A DNA stretch of 30,300 nt from a virus (taxonomy: Duplodnaviria; Caudoviricetes): IMG/VR virus record IMGVR_UViG_3300020045_005296, positions 1-30,300 of that record, one strand, 5' to 3'. Position numbers and translations under genes: made by a program. The stretch's first letter is position 1; the number at the start of each line of letters is the position of its first letter. Below, one piece after another: positions 23,575 to 30,300 of the stretch. The notes beneath the pieces were generated by a model. That model was not told where the DNA came from, ran no database searches, and worked only from the letters and a program-made list of their open reading frames with translations.

Positions 23575-24720
23575 ATGCCGACATTTGGTAATAGTAACTC
23601 GATCTCACCAACACCTACCGCACTGCAAAACAGCTCGATGGTGGCGCCACGCCTCGTTGTCGCCACTGACTACACGCCCGCTGGGGCTGAATACGTCCAA
23701 TCCGCCAGCGCTTACATGTCAAACGCGGGCGGAGGCACTGCATACTTTAAGATCGCCCTTTATGATGTTACGAGTGGGGACACTACCTCCCCCGCTGTTG
23801 CGGAGTGGACTGTTTCACTTCCCGTGCAAGCGTTGAGCTGGATAACGTGGAGCCTCGCCTCATTTACACTAATCGCTGGCCATACCTACAACATAGCATT
23901 TGTTGACAGCCCCACGAATACGGTCACTTATTTTCTATACCGTCAAACAACAACAAATAAGTCGATCAACATCGGAACGTCAAATAGATTATTTCCGAAT
24001 CCTGCAGGGGCGAGCGGCGGGTTCTCGACAGTTGATCCGCTGATCTATTTCACCACTACCACCGGACAAGAAATCACATCAATTAACGGTGGGAGCCCGA
24101 TCACCGCAGGCCAAATTGACATTCCTGTTGCGGCAGAAGGCTTCAGCGCTAAACCAACTTCAGCAACGGCTACGTATGACTCTGGTACGAAGTCGATTGC
24201 GGCTAGCATCGGCGATGGCGATGAAGAAGATTTTGAAATCACCATTGCTGGTAGGGCTGACGGTGGGCTATACCCAAGATCGGGAACAAGTGTAGCTCTC
24301 ACATTTACAAAAGATGCTGAAAGTGACACGATAACAACTACAATCGTAAAAAAAGCTACTGAAACAACGGTACCTATTTCATCGCCTCTTTTTACTGCGC
24401 ACACGTTAGCTAATGAGTTGTTAAATCAATTTGGCAGAACTGTTGCGACAGGGGATGACTTTTATCACACTCAACTAATTAAAACAGTTGATGACGGCGA
24501 GCCTAGCGATTTAGTTATTAAGCCAGATACTGATTTTACTGTTACTGACGCAGGCTCATTTGACCTGTGGTTGTATGTTTCGAGCGGCGATGATGCAGGC
24601 AAAAATTACCACTTCGCGGTGACGATTACCGAAAGTGGTCAAGTTATTGTAACAAGCGGAATCGTTAAAAATATTGTAAGAAGTATTGCTAAAAGTATCA
24701 ATAAAACAATTATTCATTAA
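23575..24720 (+). CDS. Thr/Ser-rich multi-domain virion protein, head fibre or decoration candidate (381 aa)
   Basis: AGGAGG RBS; beta-sandwich-like composition; amphipathic C-terminal helix. Confidence 0.65.
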   Translation: MPTFGNSNSISPTPTALQNSSMVAPRLVVATDYTPAGAEYVQSASAYMSNAGGGTAYFKIALYDVTSGDTTSPAVAEWTVSLPVQALSWITWSLASFTLIAGHTYNIAFVDSPTNTVTYFLYRQTTTNKSINIGTSNRLFPNPAGASGGFSTVDPLIYFTTTTGQEITSINGGSPITAGQIDIPVAAEGFSAKPTSATATYDSGTKSIAASIGDGDEEDFEITIAGRADGGLYPRSGTSVALTFTKDAESDTITTTIVKKATETTVPISSPLFTAHTLANELLNQFGRTVATGDDFYHTQLIKTVDDGEPSDLVIKPDTDFTVTDAGSFDLWLYVSSGDDAGKNYHFAVTITESGQVIVTSGIVKNIVRSIAKSINKTIIH

Positions 24721-24733
24721 GGTTGAAATAAAA

Positions 24734-25018
24734 ATGCAAAAAACTTTCACAATATTAGCAGGCGCAACAAAAATTATAGAAGTGGATAAAAACGCTTTAC
24801 AAACTTCATTGGTTGTTACTCCAACTGGATCAACCTACACGGCGAGTTATACATGCAATCCAAACCCTTCGACCGCCCCCGCTGGCGCGTGGGTTGCTAT
24901 TGCAGCAATGACAGCGGCAACCGCACAACAAACAGCTGAACTTGGTCTTATATCGGGTATAAAAATTGCGGTAACAGGCGGCACTAAAGTTGACGCTGAT
25001 GTTTTACAACCTCGTTAA
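24734..25018 (+). CDS. Small beta-rich virion protein (94 aa)
   Basis: ATG 24734 with AAGGT RBS; Ala/Thr-rich. Confidence 0.7.
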   Translation: MQKTFTILAGATKIIEVDKNALQTSLVVTPTGSTYTASYTCNPNPSTAPAGAWVAIAAMTAATAQQTAELGLISGIKIAVTGGTKVDADVLQPR

Positions 25019-25030
25019 TTAGAGAATCTT

Positions 25031-25447
25031 ATGTTGCCTACTTTCTTAACTGTTGAAGAAGCTGATTCAATTTTAGGGTCAAATGCGCCTTGGTCTACCG
25101 CCAGCGAAGAACAAAAGCAAGATGCTTTGGAAATGGCAAGAATTTATACAGAAAATAATTACACTTTGCGTTTTAATGTTGAAAATGATGCGCCTGAAAA
25201 AGTAAAAAAAGGCAATGCAATAATTGCAAATGAAAATTTAATTTCTGATATTTTTGCGCGTCAAACTGGTTTAGGCACTTTGACAGAAACAAGCGTAAAA
25301 GCGTCCAGTGTAGAAACAACGAAGAAATATAACGCGCAAACTTCTGTAAATTGGCGCGACCCATTCCAAAAAGCCACCGCAATAATGCGGCCTTTTTGTG
25401 TTTTGATTTCTGGTAGTGGTATTGTTTATAAAACGGTAATCAGATAA
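25031..25447 (+). CDS. Head-tail adaptor (DnaT-like annotated family)
   Basis: FLTVEEAD...W......K..AL..A..Y motif and position. Confidence 0.75.
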   Translation: MLPTFLTVEEADSILGSNAPWSTASEEQKQDALEMARIYTENNYTLRFNVENDAPEKVKKGNAIIANENLISDIFARQTGLGTLTETSVKASSVETTKKYNAQTSVNWRDPFQKATAIMRPFCVLISGSGIVYKTVIR

Positions 25448-25830
25448 TGGGAATCCGTGAAGATATTCAAACCTCTATGAAGGAGGCTTTTGATACTGAT
25501 TTGAAAGATGTCGTTTGTTCTTTCGAAATCATCAAAAAAACTATTGGCGAATACAGCGTAAACACTGGGGTGAACGAAACAACCGAAACGGAACATGAAA
25601 GCCGTGGTGTTTTTGAGGCGATGCCAACAAAAAAGGTAAACGGAACAAGTATTTTATTTACTGATGAGCAATTAATAATTAATGCGAATGAATTAGACAC
25701 AAATTTAGAAGTTGATGACAAAATAATTTTAGAAAGCGGAACTGTTTATAATGTTGTTGCGCCAAATCCAGTAATGGGAGGCGATTCGATACCAATAATT
25801 TATGAAGCGCAGGTAAGAAAAAATGCCTAG
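25447..25830 (+). CDS. Head closure / head-tail joining protein
   Basis: GEY...TG, DDKI, Y.VV and C-terminal QVRK; position. Confidence 0.75.
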   Translation: MGIREDIQTSMKEAFDTDLKDVVCSFEIIKKTIGEYSVNTGVNETTETEHESRGVFEAMPTKKVNGTSILFTDEQLIINANELDTNLEVDDKIILESGTVYNVVAPNPVMGGDSIPIIYEAQVRKNA

Positions 25831-26239
25831 GGCTGTTGAGTTAAATTCTGCTTTCGTTTCTCAAGTTGCCAAAGAACTTGAAAAAAAAGTTGTCGAAAGA
25901 TTAGATAAAATAACACTTGAATGCCAAAACATACTGGTAAGTGAAACAAACGTTGATTATGGGCAAGCTAGAGCTGGGTGGAATATTTTTTTAAATCAAG
26001 AAAAATTTGCAGACGTTCCAAAACCAGAAAGAGTAAAAAAAGGTGTGCCTAAAGTTATTCTTGATAAACCAAAAAACAAACCAGATCAAGAAGCAAAAAA
26101 AATTGGTGATAAATATTTTATAACAAATAACGTTCAGCATGTTATTTATATTAACGAAGGCACAAGTGATGCATTCCCAAAAGGTTATATTGATCGAGCG
26201 CCTTTTGAAGCGGTGGCAAATGTTGAGGCGTCTTTGTAA
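25823..26239 (+). CDS. HK97 gp10-like neck/tail completion protein
   Basis: TNVDYGQARAGW and ITNNVQHVIYINEGTS..FPKGYI motifs. Confidence 0.8.
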   Translation: MPRAVELNSAFVSQVAKELEKKVVERLDKITLECQNILVSETNVDYGQARAGWNIFLNQEKFADVPKPERVKKGVPKVILDKPKNKPDQEAKKIGDKYFITNNVQHVIYINEGTSDAFPKGYIDRAPFEAVANVEASL

Positions 26240-26646
26240 TGGGGTGGAATGAAAATTTAAGAATCGCTTTTGAAACTAAATTAAAAAATGAAGTTTCAAT
26301 AGTCGATTCAGCAAAAATAGATTTTGGGGACAACTCAAGCTTTAAGCCTCCAACTTTAAAGGTTCCTTGGTTGCGCTCTTGGACTAATATTTTAAAAAGC
26401 GAAAACGCCGAAATAGGAACAAAGTTTCAAAGGCATACAGGCGATTTTGTCATACAGTGTTTTGATGATGAAGGAAAAGGCGAGAAAGGGGTCAACTTAA
26501 TTGTTGATGAAATTATAGAAATTTTTCAAAATAAAAGTTTTAGCGGCGTTAATTGTTTTGTTGTTACGCCTGTCAATATTGGCGCAAATAATGGCTGGTA
26601 TCAAAAGAATGCAAAAGTTCGTTTTGTATATAATGTTTTTAATTAA
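26239..26646 (+). CDS. Tail terminator protein (DUF4128-like)
   Basis: FKPP...PWLR...G.F.IQ.F...GKG...GWYQ; position before the tail tube. Confidence 0.8.
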   Translation: MGWNENLRIAFETKLKNEVSIVDSAKIDFGDNSSFKPPTLKVPWLRSWTNILKSENAEIGTKFQRHTGDFVIQCFDDEGKGEKGVNLIVDEIIEIFQNKSFSGVNCFVVTPVNIGANNGWYQKNAKVRFVYNVFN

Positions 26647-26661
26647 TTGAGGATTTAAAAA

Positions 26662-27834
26662 ATGGGCATCGGCACAAGTAATCAAACAGATGTTTCAATC
26701 ATTGAAGAAGTGACCGCTGGTGTCACACCTAATACGCCTGCTTTGCAAATTTTGCGAATGACTGGCGAAACTCTTCAAGGCTCGAACACCACAACAACCT
26801 CAGAAGAAATTCGTTCAGATCGTGCAACGTCTGACATTATTTTGACTGACCAATCCAACACGGGCGACATCAACGGCGAAATTTCTGGCGGCACTTACGA
26901 TAAGTTATTCCGTGCGTTGCTTTTTTCAGATTCGGATTGGACAACAAATTCTTTTACTGACGACACAGTTGCCGCAACCGTTTCTGGTTTTACTGATTCC
27001 GCGAGTGGTTTTGTTGCTTCAGGGTTAGAAGTCGGTCAGCATTTTTGGGTAGACGGTTTTACTAATCCTTTACTTAATCGCGCTTATCGCGTTGTCACGA
27101 TTTCGGCTGGCGTTATCACAACTTATCCCGCTCCTGCTGCGACAGAAGTCGCTGGCGAAGTTGTTACTTTTGAAGGTTCAACAATCACTAATGGCGTAAC
27201 TGGTAAATCTTTCACAATTGTAAAACGTTTTAAAGATTTGGCAACTTTGTCATATTTGATTTTTCGCGGTATGCGCGTGGGTTCCGCGTCTATTAATTTG
27301 TCGGTTGGCTCTATCGCAAATTTAACTTTTTCGATGACTGGCCAAAGTTCAGAAATTACCGAAACAGGAATTTCTGGGGCAACTTATATGCCTCAAACAA
27401 CCACAGAAGTAATGAACTGTGTCAACAATGTTACTGAGATTAGTCTACATAGTGCAACGTTAAACCAAGCGCTTTATTTTAGCGAATTGTCAATGACTTA
27501 TGATAACCAATTGCGTGAGTTGAAAGCGATTGGCTCACTTGGTTCTATTGACGTTCGCGCAGGAACAATTTCAGCAAGCGCAACTGTTAACCCATATTTT
27601 GAAAATATCGAAATTTTGCAAGTTTTCCAAGAAAACGCGGCATTTTCTTTAAGTTTCAATTTGCAATCTTCAGATGGTTACGAATATATTTTCACTTACC
27701 CTCGTGCAAAATTTGCTTCGCAAGATGTTTCAGCAGGCGGCAAGGATCAAGATTTAATTGTTAGCTCTGAAGTGACAGCGATTCTTGACCCTGCTTCACT
27801 TACAATGGTTCGAATTGATCGCAAAGCGCCTTAA
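26662..27834 (+). CDS. Major tail tube protein
   Basis: EEVTAGVTP, SEEIRSDR, GDINGE, FRGMRV, YFEN and FTYPRAK motifs. Confidence 0.9.
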   Translation: MGIGTSNQTDVSIIEEVTAGVTPNTPALQILRMTGETLQGSNTTTTSEEIRSDRATSDIILTDQSNTGDINGEISGGTYDKLFRALLFSDSDWTTNSFTDDTVAATVSGFTDSASGFVASGLEVGQHFWVDGFTNPLLNRAYRVVTISAGVITTYPAPAATEVAGEVVTFEGSTITNGVTGKSFTIVKRFKDLATLSYLIFRGMRVGSASINLSVGSIANLTFSMTGQSSEITETGISGATYMPQTTTEVMNCVNNVTEISLHSATLNQALYFSELSMTYDNQLRELKAIGSLGSIDVRAGTISASATVNPYFENIEILQVFQENAAFSLSFNLQSSDGYEYIFTYPRAKFASQDVSAGGKDQDLIVSSEVTAILDPASLTMVRIDRKAP

Positions 27835-27850
27835 TAGTTTGGCCTTTTTA

Positions 27851-27880
27851 CTCTTTGTTGTGGCCTGACACAACAAAGAG
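27851..27880 (+). repeat. Perfect 12-bp inverted repeat between tail tube and chaperone genes
   Basis: CTCTTTGTTGTG-GCCTGA-CACAACAAAGAG. Confidence 0.85.
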
Positions 27881-27943
27881 CGGCCATTTTTAAAAACTCA
27901 GGCAACAAAAACAAAACTTTATTAACTTCTCAGGTAGAAAATC

Positions 27944-28354
27944 ATGGCTAAATTAAATTCATTAAGAACAGACTTAAACGCAGCGCAAGACGGTGTTGTG
28001 TTGGACATTGAAGGCGTTAAAGTAAAAGTTGCGAAATGGGGCAACAAAGAACACGTTGCCTTCATTAAAGAATTTGGAAAAAAATATGGCGAGCAAATGC
28101 AAAGCGGCGCTATGTCAGACGAACAAAGTGATTATTTATTTGCCGAGCAATTTACAAAAATTGTTAAAGATGTTCAAGAGCTTGAAGATGACGACGGTCA
28201 ACCTATCGAGTTCTCAAACAATTTAATTGTTGATCTTGCGCGTAATCCACAATACGAAGATTTTTTTGCAAAAATTGAACGTGCTGCAAAAAATGAAAAA
28301 AATTATCGCGTTGCGAACATTAAAAAGTTGGGGGAGGGCTTACCCACTTCATAA
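27944..28354 (+). CDS. Tail assembly chaperone (G)
   Basis: Position between tube and tape measure; DDDGQPIEFS motif; ends KKLGE. Confidence 0.85.
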   Translation: MAKLNSLRTDLNAAQDGVVLDIEGVKVKVAKWGNKEHVAFIKEFGKKYGEQMQSGAMSDEQSDYLFAEQFTKIVKDVQELEDDDGQPIEFSNNLIVDLARNPQYEDFFAKIERAAKNEKNYRVANIKKLGEGLPTS

Positions 28355-28677
28355 GCTGGTCGATTGAGTGGGGGCAATCAGTCGAGCAATTAAAAAGCGT
28401 TGCGAAAAGAACAGGGAAAGTTCCGCAAGCTTTGCAAAATCGACCAAAACCAGATATTTATCTTCAGCCTTATATTGATGCGTTTACATTTTTTAATTCT
28501 ATTACACCGCCTGAAAAAATACCGTCTTTGAATGACTTATTTTTATACGCTGATGAAAATCTTGAAGACAGAATGGAATTTGCTCAAATAATGTCTCAAG
28601 GTTTTAAAGCGCTGGCAAAAGCAAACAAAGATAAGGCAGATACAAATGACAGAATTAAAAAGCCTCGTAAGCATTGA
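28324..28677 (+). CDS. Tail assembly chaperone -1 frameshift extension (T part of GT)
   Basis: The -1 frame opens after TAA 28321-28323 and reads ...LTHFISWSIEWGQ...VPQALQNRP..., with no ATG near its start. Confidence 0.75.
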   Translation, partial: KVGGGLTHFISWSIEWGQSVEQLKSVAKRTGKVPQALQNRPKPDIYLQPYIDAFTFFNSITPPEKIPSLNDLFLYADENLEDRMEFAQIMSQGFKALAKANKDKADTNDRIKKPRKH

Positions 28678-30300
28678 GATAACCAGCGAACAAGCCGTTT
28701 CTGGCTCTAACGCGATAACAAATAGTCTAAATCAAACCACGGGCGCTGCAAATAGCGCTCGTGAGTCTGCTAAAAAATATAGCCAAGCTGCAAATGAGAT
28801 TGGCGAATCTTCTGGCAAAGCCGCAAAAGAAACAAGTTTTTTCAGTGATAAATTGACAGACGCGAAAAGTTCAGTGCTTGCCTATGGCGCTGGGCTTTTT
28901 TCTGTCACTGCGATAATAAAAAATTTAATCGACACAAACAGTGATTTAGAAAACGCTTTGATTGGTGTAACTAAAACAACCAACATGACTGGCGACAGTC
29001 TCGAAAAATACAAAGACAGAATTTTATCGCTAACCCAAGAAATCCCAGCAACCGCACAAGAACTTTTGATGTTATCGCAAATCGCTGGGCAAATGGGCGT
29101 CAAAGGTGTTGATAATTTAGAAAAATTTGCTTCAACGATTGTAAAATTAGGCCGTGCGTCTGATTTGCAAGGCGAAGTTGCAGCCAAAAGTTTAGCGAGA
29201 ATTTTAAACGTTAGCGGCGAATCTATAAACGAAGTCGGTACGCTTTCTAATGTAATAGTTTCCCTTGGCAATAATATTGCTGCAACTGAATCAGAAATTG
29301 CGCGAATGACTTCTGAAGTAGCAAGAGGCGTTTCGGTTTTTGGTATTGCGAGTGCGCAATCTGTCGCTCTGGGGGGTGCTCTTGCTTCTATCGGTGTTCA
29401 AGCTGAACTAGGCGGTTCATCGGTTGCGCGCACAATGGGTGTAATAAATGAAGCCGTTGCGAAGGGTGGAAAAGATTTAGATAAATTTTCTAAAGCTTTT
29501 AATATTGATCCTAAAAAATTAGAGCAGCTTTTTAATTCTGACAAAATAAAAGCATTTAACTATTTCCTAGAAGGTGTTGAAAAATCTGGTTTAAAAGCTG
29601 GTGTTGCTCTTGAGTCTGTTGGTCTTGGTGGCCAAGAGATTGCAAAAACAATTTTGCCTCTTGCGAACAATTTAGAAATTTTAGAAAAAACGCAAGGTTT
29701 AGTTAATGAAGAATTAAAAAATGGTACAGCGCTCAATAATGAATATGAGGCGTCTTTACGATCTTTTGATTCTCAATTAGTTATTCTGGGTAATAATTTC
29801 ACAAAATTAAAAGTTGAAAGCTCTGGCGGTTTATTTGCAGCAGCAAAAGAAAGCACAGAGTTAATGATTGATGCGTTGGTTGAAGTAAATAAATTTGCTG
29901 CACAAGGTGATTTTTCAACTTTGGTTGATGGCGTTACTCTTTTGTCAATTGCGATAGGCGGCAAATTAGTCACTGCAATGGGAATGAGTGCGCGCCAATC
30001 TTTGATAAATCTTGAAACAAAAAAATTAGAAAGTCTCGCATATTTAGAGGCAACTGTCAGATCAAATGCACTAGCAGTGGCAGAAGTTCAAAATAGCGCC
30101 ATAACATCACGGGCTCAAGTTGATCGTCTGAAAAATGTTGCGGCTTTAAATGTTGCTGAAATAAATTTAGAAAAAACAAGAGCGCTTGCGCAAATAAATG
30201 ATGTAGGTCGTGCCGCGTCTGTAAAAAGAATGGCAGCTTTAGAACAGCAGCGCGTTAGCGTATTAGCGCAATTGACCGCAGCAGAAACAAGAAATTTAGC
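28646..30300 (+). CDS. Tape measure protein (TP901-like core), 3' partial, absent from ORF track
   Basis: ATG 28646 MTELKSLVSIEI..., open to the window end; V.KTT, AGQMGV, LGNNIAATESEI and AELGGS motifs; Ala-rich helical composition. Confidence 0.93.
   Translation, partial: MTELKSLVSIEITSEQAVSGSNAITNSLNQTTGAANSARESAKKYSQAANEIGESSGKAAKETSFFSDKLTDAKSSVLAYGAGLFSVTAIIKNLIDTNSDLENALIGVTKTTNMTGDSLEKYKDRILSLTQEIPATAQELLMLSQIAGQMGVKGVDNLEKFASTIVKLGRASDLQGEVAAKSLARILNVSGESINEVGTLSNVIVSLGNNIAATESEIARMTSEVARGVSVFGIASAQSVALGGALASIGVQAELGGSSVARTMGVINEAVAKGGKDLDKFSKAFNIDPKKLEQLFNSDKIKAFNYFLEGVEKSGLKAGVALESVGLGGQEIAKTILPLANNLEILEKTQGLVNEELKNGTALNNEYEASLRSFDSQLVILGNNFTKLKVESSGGLFAAAKESTELMIDALVEVNKFAAQGDFSTLVDGVTLLSIAIGGKLVTAMGMSARQSLINLETKKLESLAYLEATVRSNALAVAEVQNSAITSRAQVDRLKNVAALNVAEINLEKTRALAQINDVGRAASVKRMAALEQQRVSVLAQLTAAETRNL

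Larger units (their letters stand above)
1..30300. mobile_element. Tailed dsDNA phage (siphovirus morphology) genome segment; lifestyle undetermined
   Basis: Ordered TerL-portal-minor head-scaffold-capsid-neck-tail tube-chaperone-tape measure module with no sheath gene. Dense small overlapping ORFs, no host housekeeping operons, no integrase in the window. Confidence 0.97.

Noticed and set aside
450-29973. Many short ORF-track entries antisense to or nested in long genes (e.g. 450-656, 8298-8525, 10494-10853, 17004-17336, 20987-21223, 24045-24404, 28882-29271)
   Set aside because: Shadow frames of well-supported genes, with no RBS or operon logic.
1-30300. CRISPR array, tRNA genes, DGR or retron, integrase/att sites, IS elements
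   Set aside because: No spaced direct repeats, cloverleaf with T-loop consensus, reverse transcriptase, recombinase or transposase motifs seen by eye; tRNAscan and a repeat search would be needed to be certain.

Overview
An AT-rich tailed-phage (siphovirus-type) genome segment with no host genes, integrase or recognisable repressor in view. From 1 to about 7100 there is a leftward block of tightly packed small early/accessory genes plus one 533-aa Cys-motif protein. A divergent control region (7109-7443) precedes a rightward 794-aa primase/helicase-like replication protein and a probable origin (10185-10503). A block of small genes follows, including a phage-encoded acyl carrier protein and a VRR-NUC nuclease. 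The morphogenesis module then runs: terminase large subunit, portal, minor head protein, scaffold, P22-coat-like major capsid, an inserted cassette of beta-rich virion proteins, head-tail/neck proteins, tail tube, tail chaperone with a -1 frameshift extension, and a tape measure gene that runs off the right edge. The most notable observations are: (i) a roughly 225-nt multi-branched structured RNA leader before the capsid gene, driven by a sigma70 promoter hidden inside the upstream terminator; (ii) further structured or switchable leaders at 3171-3302, 7337-7411 and 27841-27943, plus a small arginine-rich-motif protein; (iii) the orphan ACP; (iv) a recurring intergenic TATATACTAT(TTT) motif; (v) at least four small genes broken by single-base indels in short homopolymers, for which sequencing error is the leading explanation. 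All family calls come from motif recognition by eye, and no searches or folding computations were run.
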